Of a stretch of DNA of 64,000 nucleotides, positions 24,898 to 38,245 are shown piece by piece. A program made the position numbers and the translations under genes. Within the stretch, counting starts at the first letter, position 1. Every line of letters begins with the position of its first letter. Origin of the DNA: Octopus bimaculoides (lineage: Eukaryota); assembly GCF_001194135.2 (NCBI RefSeq), contig NC_068989.1, positions 44,339,591 through 44,403,590 of the forward strand, in the 5' to 3' direction. Below the pieces are notes generated by a model. That model did not search any database and was not told the origin of the DNA. It worked only from the letters and a program-made list of their open reading frames with translations.

Positions 24898-25148
24898 AGC
24901 GGTGAGCTGGCAGAACGCTTAGCTGCAGAACGCTTAGCTGCAGAATGCTTAGCTGCAGAATGCACGCTGGGAAAAATGCTTAGCTGCATGTCGTCCATCT
25001 TCACGCTCTGAGTTTAAATTCAGTCGAGGTCGATTTTGCCTTTCATCCTTTTGGGTGTTAATAAAATAAGTACCAGTTGAGCACTTGGGTCGATATATTT
25101 GATTCACCCCTCCCCGAAATTGTTATTCTTGTGCCAAAATTTGAAACC
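24898..25148 (+). mobile_element. SINE family A with internal 15-bp tandem expansion
   Basis: GCAGAA(C/T)GCTTAGCT x3 in the head; standard core. Confidence 0.85.
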
Positions 25149-27029
25149 ATTATATCAGACCTATAGACGTTTCCTTCTATTAACATTTTCCATAGAGGAT
25201 ACTACTCCGCGCAAATGTCTGGAAAGAGGTATATGCTAAACGATGGGATACCATAGGGAAATATAATAAACCACTGAGCAAAATTAACTTTTGTTCGATT
25301 AAAATAATTTGATTTTTAAATATATATATATATATAAGATATGGTAATTAATCATATATTAATTAATATCGATTAATTACCAGGAGGCCAGCACATCTAA
25401 AGAATCAAAGAGATTCAGAAATAGTATCTGCAATCTCAGGGGATTAAGGAACATTTTTATATATAACGTTGACCACTAACGTGGACAATTAATGTGCTAG
25501 AAAAAGATNNNNNNNNNNNNNNNNNNNNNNNNNNNNNNNNNNNNNNNNNNNNNNNNNNNNNNNNNNNNNNNNNNNNNNNNNNNNNNNNNNNNNNNNNNNN
25601 NNNNNNNNNNNNNNNNNNNNNNNNNNNNNNNNNNNNNNNNNNNNNNNNNNNNNNNNNNNNNNNNNNNNNNNNNNNNNNNNNNNNNNNNNNNNNNNNNNNN
25701 NNNNNNNNNNNNNNNNNNNNNNNNNNNNNNNNNNNNNNNNNNNNNNNNNNNNNNNNNNNNNNNNNNNNNNNNNNNNNNNNNNNNNNNNNNNNNNNNNNNN
25801 NNNNNNNNNNNNNNNNNNNNNNNNNNNNNNNNNNNNNNNNNNNNNNNNNNNNNNNNNNNNNNNNNNNNNNNNNNNNNNNNNNNNNNNNNNNNNNNNNNNN
25901 NNNNNNNNNNNNNNNNNNNNNNNNNNNNNNNNNNNNNNNNNNNNNNNNNNNNNNNNNNNNNNNNNNNNNNNNNNNNNNNNNNNNNNNNNNNNNNNNNNNN
26001 NNNNNNNNNNNNNNNNNNNNNNNNNNNNNNNNNNNNNNNNNNNNNNNNNNNNNNNNNNNNNNNNNNNNNNNNNNNNNNNNNNNNNNNNNNNNNNNNNNNN
26101 NNNNNNNNNNNNNNNNNNNNNNNNNNNNNNNNNNNNNNNNNNNNNNNNNNNNNNNNNNNNNNNNNNNNNNNNNNNNNNNNNNNNNNNNNNNNNNNNNNNN
26201 NNNNNNNNNNNNNNNNNNNNNNNNNNNNNNNNNNNNNNNNNNNNNNNNNNNNNNNNNNNNNNNNNNNNNNNNNNNNNNNNNNNNNNNNNNNNNNNNNNNN
26301 NNNNNNNNNNGAAGGGCTGCAAGCCACTGCTCTGTATGGATATTTGGAAGGTGGTAGAAAATATAGAAGATTTCATTTACCTTCTTCTTCCCACCGCTCA
26401 CCCCTCCAATTCTGGAATTTCTTTTATTGATTCTAAAAGAATACAGATACAATTCCACCTGGACATGTTTCGAACTCCAAATCTATTTGAAAGAAAGAAA
26501 GAAAGAAAGAAAGAAAAAATTACTTCGAAATTTTCGATACTCAATAAGATTTGCCATGTCTCAGAATTCACGCGAAGTATTGTATAACATAAAAAAATCG
26601 GATAATAGAGAAGTAAATTTTGCAAGGCTGACTTGTAGCACAGCTTTAACGAAGCACGTGTGAACTGAACAGGCGACTATTGTTGATAGCCACGCTAAGT
26701 ATTTCTCACATGTTCGTCTTAAAAGTTGATGTCATTTCACATGACAACCAGCGCAGTATTTCGTATTTCTATTTCTATGGCTTGACATTAAAAAAGTTGA
26801 TGACTGCTTGACTTAATCTCTCGCCATTACTGGCAACATATAATACTTTTAAAGCGATCATTTTTGTAATTAAGATTATTGCTGTCGTCATCGTTGTACG
26901 AAAGAGTGCTGGACAAAATAACACCAAGCAGTATTTAGTTACGGTCCTTTAAGTTCAGAGTTCAAATCATGCCGAGGTAGACGCTGCCATCCTTAAAACT
27001 CGCCTGGCTTTTTCTATAGGTAAAGGATC

Positions 27030-27225
27030 TAAAATTTAGTGGGAGGGCGCTAATCGATTACATCGACCCTAACGCACGACTGGCACTTATTTTATCAACC
27101 CCCGGAAAGGTGAAAAGCAAAGTCGACGTCGGTGGAATTTGAACTCAGAATGTAAAGCTAGAAGAAATGCTTCTTAGCATTTCATCTGGCACGGTGACGA
27201 TTCTGCCACCTCACCGCCTTTTATG

Positions 27226-27256
<31 letters not shown>

Positions 27257-27375
27257 TTGTTGCATTTGGGGATGGTCAGGTTGCCAGTTTAGCCAGTTTA
27301 TCTGAACATGACCATCTCCAAATGCAACAATATCTGTTTCAACACACGATTTCACATTGAAACTCTTGCAAAACA

Positions 27376-27408
<33 letters not shown>

Positions 27409-27860
27409 CGTGCTTCCACATGCTCAGTAGCGAAGTGGAAGCACGTTATAAAAATAAAAGTACTAAATAATAATAATAATAATCCTTTCTACTATAGGCA
27501 CAAGGTCTGAAATTTTTAGGGGAGAGGGATGAGTCGATCACATCGGCTCCAGTGAGCAACTGATACTTATTTTACCGACCTCGAAAGGATGAAAGGCAAA
27601 GTCGACCTCGGCGGAATTTGAACTCAGAACGTAAAGACGGACGAAATCTCGCTAAACGTTTTGCCCGGTGTGCTAACGATTCAACCAGCTTATCGCGTAA
27701 TAATTTTGACACAAGGCCAGCAATTTAGTGGGAAGGATTTAGTCGATACTATCGACTTTAGTACTTAACAGGGTCTTATTTTTTCGACCCCAAAAGGATT
27801 TGAGCTCAGAATGTACAGAGCTGGAACAAATGTCGCAAGTTATTTTTTCAGACGCTTTAA
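27030..27860 (-). mobile_element. cluster of SINE family A copies separated by (AAT)n
   Basis: Copies at about 27030-27220 and 27480-27700, plus a degraded one at 27700-27860. Confidence 0.8.
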
Positions 27861-27989
27861 CGATTCTCTTAGTACTGGGCGCGATTCATTCAACTAAAAA
27901 TTCTTCAAGGTTGTGTCCCAACATGGCCGCAGTCTAATGATTGAAACAAGTAAAAACGAAACCTCCATTTGCGTAGATCAGAGTGTTCT

Positions 27990-29040
27990 ACTTTCCAGAT
28001 TACATTTTCACTGAATTTCTTTCATGTATTGTTCATACTTGGAGATTCCAAAATCTTCCATGAGGATGTTTTGTATTATGAGGATCCACGTCTCTTGAAT
28101 CATTGAAATATAATACTTTGTAAAGTCTAGCCGAAATGTAGTCTATTATTCTTCCCTTTTTTATAGGTTTCTAAATGTGATTGCTATGAATTTCATTTCG
28201 TTCATGACGAGGGCTGGTTCCACATCGCGGGACACTGGTTCTCCCTCTTATATATGGGTTCTTCCTCAACGGAAAGGATTTCTACGCAAGAGATATACCC
28301 CACCTCGCATATTTAATACCTTCTTTCCCTGCAAGATCTTTTATAAGGAAGCTTGTTTACTCTAACGGACTCCATCTAGTCACTGTCCTAAGTGGATGGG
28401 GTGGTGCTGCTATGAGGATGTACTTCCTGTCGTTTAGTATTTAGCTGTTATTGTTGCTGTTGCGGTGGGTCTTTCCTTGTTTTCGCTGGTTGTGACTGGA
28501 ACAGAGGCCTTTGGGTCCCGGGGCTCTTCTAGTAATAAAGACGAAGCAATTTTATTTGTTAACTCACAAATTATGCTTGATGTCACCTTAGGACTGACAA
28601 TCGCTGATTTTTTACTGTTGCTTTTGTTCTTTTAGACCTTCTGTTGAGAAAGCTTTTAGATAGATTTTGCTGCCAAATGTGTATTAACTGGGTCATCTAC
28701 CTAGGGTATTGAGATTTAAGATGTTCCTCTTAACACTCTCTGCAGGAAATAGTTCTTGTATTGTTTTGTAAGTCCGTGCTGATCCCACCCAACCACGCAT
28801 ATCGTCAAATGTTATATGTGCGCTGACTAACTATCTTTATTATGCTACATAGATCCCTACTAACCAGTCGAATAAGGTCACCGATGTCCCTGACACTGAG
28901 CCTTGTGTTCTTTCTTCCCAAGTACTGTGGAACCAGCGCACGAACAAGTGTGTCGCAAACTATTTGAGTTTGTACTCACACTCCGTCCTCTGTTTTAAAG
29001 ATAACACATGATGTCTTATGCCCACCCTCTACTCACGAAG
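27990..29040 (-). pseudogene. highly degraded gag-like ORF1 element
   Basis: One frame reads IFKTEDGV*...LVPQYLGRKNTRLSVRDI...SCREC*EEHLKSQYPR, aligning to RFKNE...LLPTYLGQRASRIRVEGI...CFKCGQKGHIRAKCP of ORF 34133-34816. Confidence 0.6.
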
Positions 29041-31009
29041 GATATTTAAAATATATGTAACTGACGCATGTTAAAGTAAAATATCCTTTTTAAATTTTGC
29101 CATGGTTGTTGCACTCATCATCACGTATATGATGATGGCTGCAACTATCATGACAAAGACGACAATGTTGATATTGGCATGAAAACAGTAAAAATAAGAA
29201 TACTGAAGGAAAGGACGACAACAAAATATAAATATACTTGTAGTTTTCAATACTAAGGCCGACTGAATATGATAGGTGCAGTCAGCAAGACAGACCACCT
29301 TCAAAAGAATTGTGAGAGTGGTCTGTCATGGTGCTTTGAAAAATCCATGAAAGGTGATTTTGAGGATAGTGCTAAAAAAAACTCTGTCCATACTTTAAAC
29401 AATTATTTAAAGGAGACCTTTTGGATTGATTTACTGTATTTTTTCCTTTCTTTTAAACTAACAATCGATGTAAAAACATTCTCATCATCCCTGCAGTATT
29501 TCCTAGTTTAGTACCGTACTAAACACTCCCAACCATCTTTAGAATTTCGATTCTTTGGAATTTTCTTCCTACGGTATTTATCTCAACAGACATCAACCAG
29601 CTGCAATAACTTTACCAGTCCGTGGGGTTTTACGAAATTGATTGAGCCGTCCCTTCTTCAGGCAAAATAAAGCGTTAAAAAAACAAACTATTGTCTATAA
29701 ATTCTTATCCAGGCCTTCAATTATCTCTAAATGTCAAATCCCCTGGAGTTCTCTCCTAGCACATTATAGAGGAGGTATCATTTAAAAAAAAAATTTATTC
29801 CGGATGAGGAACTGAGACAAATTGTAAGTCATTTCAATTGATCAGCTGTCAAAACGACTTGGAGGTTATGGTCCATTAAATTGTCACTAGTTTCTAACTC
29901 TCTCATATTTAATGGACATAAATGAATAAAATAATCTCGTTGGATTTGAACTCAGAACAGAAGATGACTAAGTTAGATACCATACGACATTTACTAAAAT
30001 ACTCTGTCGTCCCTGTTTCCTTGCTCATCTGTTTGATTTCATACTGATTGCTATCAGGAGGTCCTTTCCTCACTCCCAATATTTCAATTATTGATGTTTT
30101 AAGTAATCACAAAAGCTCTAAATTTCAAGAAAATCCTAGCAACTACTAGCTTTCTGTAAAGCTTAATAGAGTTCTTGTTTCTACATCTGAGATGCTGTTG
30201 CTGCAACATGTAGCCTATAGAAATGTCCTACACCACAAAGAAAAGCCACGTAACTAATTTGTATGAAGTCACTCACAAACATTTCAACCTCTCACGGATA
30301 GCCGTATATCTCTTCTTTGACTTTTCTATTAGTGTCTCCTCATCCTTGAGTATTATTGGATTCGTGCTACCATCATTCAGGTACTCTTGACTCATTTGTC
30401 TCTTTATCTCGTTACCTATGTTGTTTTCAAACTTCTAGGCCTTCAACTAGCCACTACATCCAGTTCTTTCTTCCAGAATCTCGGCCCTCTGGAATTTTCT
30501 CCCTCTGCATGTTTTTTTTTTCTCTGGTGGTGGTGTAAAAGATGAATGTTAATCGCATCGATCTCTTCGGTTTGGGAGGGCGTGCGGAAGCCATAGGAGT
30601 TACCTGTCCAGAACAAACAAATTTTAATCAGAAGTGTCTTGCGCTCACTTAAGGCTGCATCAAGACAAAAAGATCACTGTGTCGAGTACTCGGGATTCGA
30701 CCTAAATGGCAGCGGGTATTGCCAAAGTCTTACATCCGTGGTTAGGTTGCTTAAATCCATTAACAGTTGGCGAGGATTAAAGACGGCACAGTAATATTGA
30801 TAAATGACTTTTTGTACTGCTTGCAATTCCTCCTCGTAGTGGTAGGTGTTCCACTAAACACTTACTCTGCATAAAGATGAAGTGTTCAGGGTTACGTTAT
30901 GTCCCAATTTCTTGTAACTGATACTAACTTATCCATAGCCGTCTAAACACTACGACGGAACCCCGGGCAAAGCAATGCATTTGGCCTTATAATATTTATT
31001 CATTGGCAA

Positions 31010-31215
31010 AGGCGGTGAGCTGGCAGAAACGTTAGGACGCCGGGCGAAATGCTTCCCGGTATTTTGTCTGCCTTTACGTTCTGAGCTCAAATTCCGTCGA
31101 GGTCGACTTTGCCTTTCATCCTTTTGGGATCGATAAATCAAGTACCAGTCGCGTACTGGCGTCGATCTAATCGGCTGGCACCTTCCCCCCAAATTTCGGT
31201 CCCTGTGCCTAGAGT
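31010..31215 (+). mobile_element. SINE family A, full length
   Basis: GGCGGTGAGCTGGCAGAAACGTTAG head, core and tail. Confidence 0.9.
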
Positions 31216-32679
31216 AGAAAATATATATGTGTATATATATATATATATATATACGAGTATATATGTACACACACTTTGTTGGTTTATTATTAAAATATCA
31301 TTAGTATCAGAAAAATTCCGCCGAGGTCGACTTTGCCTTTCATCCTCTCAAGGTCGATAAAATAAGTACCAGTTGAGTANNNNNNNNNNNNNNNNNNNNN
31401 NNNNNNNNNNNNNNNNNNNNNNNNNNNNNNNNNNNNNNNNNNNNNNNNNNNNNNNNNNNNNNNNNNNNNNNNNNNNNNNNNNNNNNNNNNNNNNNNNNNN
31501 NNNNNNNNNNNNNNNNNNNNNNNNNNNNNNNNNNNNNNNNNNNNNNNNNNNNNNNNNNNNNNNNNNNNNNNNNNNNNNNNNNNNNNNNNNNNNNNNNNNN
31601 NNNNNNNNNNNNNNNNNNNNNNNNNNNNNNNNNNNNNNNNNNNNNNNNNNNNNNNNNNNNNNNNNNNNNNNNNNNNNNNNNNNNNNNNNNNNNNNNNNNN
31701 NNNNNNNNNNNNNNNNNNNNNNNNNNNNNNNNNNNNNNNNNNTTCTTTCGGAGTCGATAAAGTAAGTACCAGTTGCGTGCTGGAGTTGACGTAATTGACT
31801 AGCCTCCTACCCATAAAATTTCGGGCCTTGTATTTCTAGTAGAAAAAAAAAAAAGGTATTAGTTGTGTTTGTTTTCAGTGCAAACTCATTGCGAAATCCG
31901 AGCCTTTATAAACCTATAATTCTCTCTCTCTCTCTCTCCTCTACCAACACAGTTTTATAAATACTGACAACGAAAACACGATCTCTCTGCTTGAATTTAA
32001 AACCCGATAAACTAGTAACGAAGATGTCAGAAAAATTCTCCCATTTTGAGTAATCAACCAGAAGCCATACGGTCAATGCAATTTGAAGCCAAACTAATTT
32101 GGGATGGATGATGGAACTGAAAATAGAAAAGGATAAGAAAGAAATCTCTATTCTTGTCCACATGTGATGTTGAAGCCATTGTGAAAATTTAAATACATGC
32201 TTTTCCCGCCTACTCCATATACAAATAGAAAAATGAATAATAACTGCAAAAAATTAATAACAACATAAATTGAAATTAATGGAAACCAAGCAACGCGACA
32301 TTGAGTCATGAAATGCTATTATTTTAAGAATAACTTTGCAAGCAACATCTTTTAAATTCAATTAATTAATGGTAAACCCCGAGCAAGATATAATTAAACT
32401 GACTCCATGTCAGGATTGTGTTCTAGAAATATAAAAATGAAAGTGTTGGATTTCTTTTGCAATCATTCAGGTTTAGAATGTGGTAACTTAACATAATTAG
32501 CTGCAACAATATAACACCGATGCTTCATTTGCTAACAGGAAAGCGAGCATTCACGAAGAAAATTTAGAAGTTAGTAAGAATTAATTGAACAATGATATAA
32601 CTTCGGTGAAGCAATATCAATCACAATAGAAACAGCAGGAGCAAAGATACGTGTTTACTTCTTGTCATAATTGTGGTCA

Positions 32680-32860
32680 AAGCGGCGAACTAGCATAATC
32701 GTTAGTACACCAGACAAAATGGTTAGTGGCATTTCTTCCGGTTTTACGTTCTGAGCTCAAATTTTGCCGAGGTCGACTTTGCCTTTCATCTTTTCAGAGT
32801 CGATAAATTAATTACCAGTCAAACACTGGTAATTGATGTAACCAATTAGACCCATCTCCC
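32680..32860 (+). mobile_element. SINE family A
   Basis: Head, core and poly-A. Confidence 0.85.
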
Positions 32861-33569
32861 GAAATTTCAGTAAAAAAAATTAAAAAAAAAAAAAAAGGAA
32901 TTTTTATTAAAGCACATTAAATGAGTCTCGTCTCGAAAAAAGATTGCTTATATCTGATTTACGAAATATTTATTCGGAGTTTTCTAGCGTTAATCCAGGG
33001 CTACCAGATGTAGGGGAGGTGTTTCATCAGTGGTTTCATTTTATTCTGCAGTTTTCTGCTTCCACCTGGTCTATTTCCTGCTTCAGTTTTGACTAGCCAC
33101 ATTGTAAAAAATATTAGTATAGATTAATGTTCATAGTGTCTTGTAGAAACGGTGCCTTCTCTGCCATTCACAAGCCTAACATGAGTGTAATTTGTATTAA
33201 CCTCTAAAAATTCGAACTGCTGGTGGAACTAGCGATTCAAATTTTGAATTACGTACACGATGAGGGGAAAAAACCGTACCAGGTTCGAAAATTCAAGCAG
33301 CGAATATAGTTTTATTACTTCCACCTTAGAGAAGGCGGTGGTATTGTTTTCAGTCGTTTTTGTTTGTTTGTTTGCTTGCCCGTGGACAAGATATCTCCAG
33401 AACCGCTGGATGGATTCAGATGAAACTTTCAGGGATGCTTGATTTTTTATTACCCATAACGAGCCAACAAAGAGGGACATACATCACATTGGGGACATAA
33501 AACGTATGATATAATGAAAGAGGAAAAAATGTGAAATGAAAATGGTGTTACTTGCCCCATCAAGTAACA

Positions 33570-33678
33570 ACACGTGTCTGTGGAGTGCTCAGCCACTTGC
33601 ACGTTAATTTCACTAGCAGGCTGTTCCGTTGATCAGATCAACTGGAACCCTCGTCGTCGTAACCGACGGAGTGCCAAC
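33570..33678 (+). mobile_element. 5'-truncated SINE family C
   Basis: 9-bp TSD CAAGTAACA at 33561-33569 and 33679-33687. Confidence 0.9.
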
Positions 33679-33719
33679 CAAGTAACATCACTTGCTTCGT
33701 TTTCTCTGTTCTCCATTAT

Positions 33720-35040
33720 GTCTACCCCATACCTTTTTTAAAGTTCTTTATATTCTATAAACTGTGATAGTTTTTCTTTGTTAAAGTCTACTATCCACAG
33801 TTCACATTCCTCTTTGTGTCTCTTTATTTCCATCCTTTGCTGTTCCGTTATTAACAGAACCGTGCCTTCCACTCTATCTTCATTCTCTACATCAACATGA
33901 ACTGTGTTTTCCCATTCAATTGCCCTTTCAAACAGTTCATCATCATATATTACACACGCAAAACAACCAATGGGAGGAGAAGTTTGTGTATCATTGTGTG
34001 AAAGTGTTCTTTTCTTTTGCTTTAGTGATAGAGGGGAGTGGGAATGCTTAGTGTCTCCAGGGCGAGGGTGGGACAAAGAGGGTATAGGTGGGCCTTGAGT
34101 AATTGTAGGGTGAAGTTCTGTATGTGTTGGACTTATCTTTTTTCTCTTCTCTTTCTTTTCCCGGTATTTTCCCATTCTTCCTCTTCTTTTTCTGTTTCTA
34201 CTGGTACCATTTTTCCCTCCTCTTGCCCATCCTGAGGTTTCTCTTGTGGCTTCTCCTGGGGAACTTCTTGCATTTCTTCAGCTTCTTTATCCGGTGGAGG
34301 GCATTTCGCTCTTATGTGGCCCTTCTGGCCACATTTAAAACAGCGAGGGATTCTGCCCTCCACCCTTACATTCATTATAGTTTCATTCACTGTCACCGTT
34401 TCAACTATTTTTCCTATCGCTTCTTTTGAACCTTGAATAATCATATTCAAGATTTGGCCTTTCCAATTCACACTTTTCGTGACCTGGAGCACCACTATCT
34501 TGTCCAAGACAGCAGTTGCTATCCAGGCCACATCTATCTCTGGTGGAATTCCTTCCACCCTTATCCGAGACGCTCTCTGCCCCAGGTACGTGGGTAGAAG
34601 TACTAACTCTTCTTTAGTGATGTTGCCGAGTGTTTTTTTCGCCGTGTTTTCATTTTTGAACCTGACCTCAACTTCTCCGAATATTGACCCTCTGGCAAGA
34701 TATGTGATGTCTTGCCAGATTGGCCTCAGCTCCTTCTCCACTTGTTCTATTGTCATATGGTCAATTTTTCCCTTCTTAATTGAGTAGGTTTTGTATGTCA
34801 CCGTTCTTCCTTTCATTATTTTGTTGTTTCTTGCGGGGGTGGGGTTACTTGCACGTTGTAACCGTCCCGACTTAAAAGCTTCTTGTATTTTCCCATTTCG
34901 ATCTCAACTTTATCATCCGATTCTCGGGCGACGTCTACGAACTTCCTATTTCTTCCTTCCAATTCCTTATCCATAACTTCTATAGTTCTTAGTAGTTCTT
35001 TTTCAGATGCTGACAGCTCCGACCCGCTAAGGTCTGATTA
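33720..35040 (-). mobile_element. gag-like (Tx1/L1 ORF1-type) element, frameshifted, no ORF2 adjacent
   Basis: Segments 34816-35030, 34133-34816 and 33738-34175 read as one protein with frameshifts. Confidence 0.7.
34133..34816 (-). CDS. gag-like zinc-knuckle protein (227-aa open segment)
   Basis: VEGRIPRCFKCGQKGHIRAKC (CX2CX4HX4C), followed by an acidic/basic low-complexity linker. Confidence 0.65.
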   Translation of the reverse strand: MKGRTVTYKTYSIKKGKIDHMTIEQVEKELRPIWQDITYLARGSIFGEVEVRFKNENTAKKTLGNITKEELVLLPTYLGQRASRIRVEGIPPEIDVAWIATAVLDKIVVLQVTKSVNWKGQILNMIIQGSKEAIGKIVETVTVNETIMNVRVEGRIPRCFKCGQKGHIRAKCPPPDKEAEEMQEVPQEKPQEKPQDGQEEGKMVPVETEKEEEEWENTGKRKRREKR

Positions 35041-35900
35041 AGACATTTTTTGACTTGCCATACTCCCCTCAAAACGCTGAGGAACAGTACAACCATACAC
35101 ACCGCTGCAATGCAGCACAAAACGAATCACAATACTTTTCAATAAACAATAGGAATCACGTACTTTCAGGGATGTTTTGCCTCGTGACTGGCACGAACCG
35201 ATTAGATTTTGGAATCGATCCGGTACCGGACAAAGATTCTGGATTATTTTTCTTGTTTTTTACTTCATTTTTGAGAGGGGTCGGGTTCATTTTTAGTATT
35301 CTCGTTTGTGAGAGCAGTTGAGTTTATTTCAGATATTCTCATTTTAAAAATCATCTCCAGCTAATCGTTGATAGGACGTTGCTGTTGTCGTTGGTGTTTC
35401 GTTTGGGTCAGTTGGGTTGGGGTGTGTGCGCTCCATGTGAGTGCTGTTGTTGTTTGACTGTTGTTTGCTGAATTGTTGGATTGTTGANNNNNNNNNNNNN
35501 NNNNNNNNNNNNNNNNNNNNNNNNNNNNNNNNNNNNNNNNNNNNNNNNNNNNNNNNNNNNNNNNNNNNNNNNNNNNNNNNNNNNNNNNNNNNNNNNNNNN
35601 NNNNNNNNNNNNNNNNNNNNNNNNNNNNNNNNNNNNNNNNNNNNNNNNNNNNNNNNNNNNNNNNNNNNNNNNNNNNNNNNNNNNNNNNNNNNNNNNNNNN
35701 NNNNNNNNNNNNNNNNNNNNNNNNNNNNNNNNNNNNNNNNNNNNNNNNNNNNNNNNNNNNNNNNNNNNNNNNNNNNNNNNNNNNNNNNNNNNNNNNNNNN
35801 NNNNNNNNNNNNNNNNNNNNNNNNNNNNNNNNNNNNNNNNNNNNNNNNNNNNNNNNNNNNNNNNNNNNNNNNNNNNNNNNNNNNNNNNNNNNNNNNNNNN

Positions 35901-37250
35901 TGGCTGGTGGTGGCCGTCCTCTTCAGCGCAGGGGGGCCCACTGAGATGTTGAGAGCATCAAGAGCTGCGGAGGTGGACTGGTGGGGGTCTGGACTGGAGG
36001 TGTTGGTCCGTGTGGGCTTGCCGGACCTCCACAAGATTGCGGGGGGGCTGGTGCTGCCGGGCGAAGCAGGGTTGGGAGTGGTGGTTGAGGGAAGACCGCC
36101 TGTATGTTTACTATGCGGGGTGGGAGCATGAGGGCTGGGTGTCCCCAGAAGCGCGAGGAGGAGGAGGTGGAGAAAGAGTATCAGGAGGAAGAGGGTGCAA
36201 CCGTGGAGGAGGAGAAATTGGAAGAGCAATATACAGTGGTAAAAAGAAAGAAGAGTAATGACTCACCACCAAAATGTCCGAGGAAGAAAAGAAAGGCAAG
36301 AGGAGAGGGGAAGCAGAGTGAAAAACAAGAGAATACAAATGAGAAGAGAAAAAAATGAAAAGACAACAAAAGTGAGGAACGAACGCAGAGACCATCAACT
36401 AGCAAGGAGGAAAGAGTACAGAAGAGAAAGGAAAATGAAAGAGAGACGATAGCAATACAGAATGAGAGACAGACATAGATAGAAATGCCAGCGACAGAGG
36501 ACGGGATTGGTGAAGAGAGAAGGAGAGTGACACCAAAAGGGAGAAACCTGAGAACAATGGTGCAATACCCAAAAGGTGTAGAGATAGAGAAGAGAATTGC
36601 CAAGATGAAGAACGTTATCAGAGTGAAATTAGCGGCCAAAGAGTATAGCGAAGGTTTTAAAGCTATTTTGCTGGAAAAAGAAAGAGGAGAGAAATTGAAG
36701 GAGTTGTTTGGTGAAAGAATAAAGATGACAGGAATACCAATTGGTTACGACGAATTGCCGCCGGTGGTGGCCTTCGAAGAGTTAATAGAGTATATGTTAT
36801 AAACCAACAGAAGCAAAACCGATATGAACTGTTCATTTAAAAACAGTAAAATGGACTACCTGCTTATGGGGTGTAGGTAAGCGGGTTGACGAGCCGGTGT
36901 GCTATGATACCCTGCCGCCCGTGGTGGAACACGAAGAGTTGAAAAATTTTAGAGAAAAATATAAAATATATGAACAATATTTAAAAAAATGAAGATGTGA
37001 ACTATTTACTTAAAAAAAAAACGGGAAAAAAAAAGAAAAATCTCCAAAATAATGACTAAATGTAACCACTCGACTCCAGGGATCGAGTGGGCATTGCGCC
37101 TCATTTTATCATTTTCATATTCTCATTCGTTCTTTTAAGTTTTTTCTTCCTTGCTCGATTTCTTTTTGTATTCTTATTTCCCTGATTATATGTTTTACGT
37201 TGTCTTTGTAATGTGTAAACTCTATTTTAGCCCCTTGTGGGTAATAAAAA
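35901..37250 (+). mobile_element. gag-like ORF1 element with 3' UTR, hairpin and AATAAA tail
   Basis: VEGRPPVCLLCG..MRAGCP degraded knuckle, acidic linker, C-terminal PIGYDELPPVVAFEE. Tail TTTAGCCCCTTGTGGGTAATAAAAA. Confidence 0.7.
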
Positions 37251-37289
37251 TCGAGTACGTCGCCGTCTCAGAGTAACAACTTGTTTGTT

Positions 37290-38245
37290 TGAGTCTCATC
37301 ATTTTTGACCACGGTTGGACTGTTGAGTGTGAGGCCATATGAGGACGCAGTGTCCGAAGCACAACCCTTCTCAGAATGGGAAGGCTGTGGAGAAAGACAA
37401 AGAAGAAGTGGAAATTGGAGTACAAATTGAAGCAATGAAAGACGGAGACGGCAAAAGCGATACGAAGTGTGCCAGAGATACAGAAGCAATAAAGACGAAG
37501 GAAGACGGAACGAAAGCGGCAAAGGAGGGGAGTGACGGGTTTGTCTGCCTCAAAATGAGGGAAAAGGCGAAATCAAGAGAACACTCGCAAGGACCTGCAG
37601 CAGAAACAGAGAGGACGTCTAAAAAAAGGTAGGGAGCCGCCTAAATTCAAGCATACGCATACAGTAGAGAGGGAACCAAGAGAGAAAGAATTTAGATATA
37701 AGACACTTTTAGTCTACTACGAAAAGATTGTGGAAAGGAGAATATCCAAGTGGAAGGGATTAGTAAGGGTAAAGCTAACCAGGAAGAAATTCAAGGGGGA
37801 TGAAAGGTGTGTTCTATTGAATGACGATAGATATGACGTGTTCATGGATTCATATGGAGAACAGGTAACTATGGTTGACTGGCCGGTGCGGTATGATACC
37901 CTATCGGTCGTGGTGTAACATGAAGAGTTTAAAAATTTTAGAAAAAAATATAAAATATGATATGAACAATATTTTTTAAAAAATGAAGATGTGAACTTTT
38001 TGATTTTAAAAAAAAGGGGGAAAAAGAGGGAAAACTGTCCAAAATAATGATTAAATGTAACCACTCGACTTCGGGGGTCGAGTGGGCATTGCACTTCTTT
38101 TTTTATTCATTTTCATATTTTCATTCGTTCTTTTTTTTTTCTTCCTTATTCGATTTCTTTCTGCCTTTTTATTTCCCCGATTATGTGTTTTGTTTTGTCT
38201 TTGTAATGTATAACTTCTATTTTTAGCCCCTTGTGGGTAATAAAC
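37290..38245 (+). mobile_element. second tandem gag-like element 3' part with the same UTR and tail
   Basis: 37875-38245 aligns to 36890-37250; PVRYDTLSVVV*HEEF. Confidence 0.75.

Noticed and set aside
25494-26458. long ORFs spanning N runs (also 9.4, 31.4, 35.5, 44.5, 54.7, 62.8 kb)
   Set aside because: Artefacts of assembly gaps.
29590-29665. hammerhead candidate (minus-strand CTGAAGA-AGGG)
   Set aside because: No GAAA, stem III or stem I partner at a suitable position.
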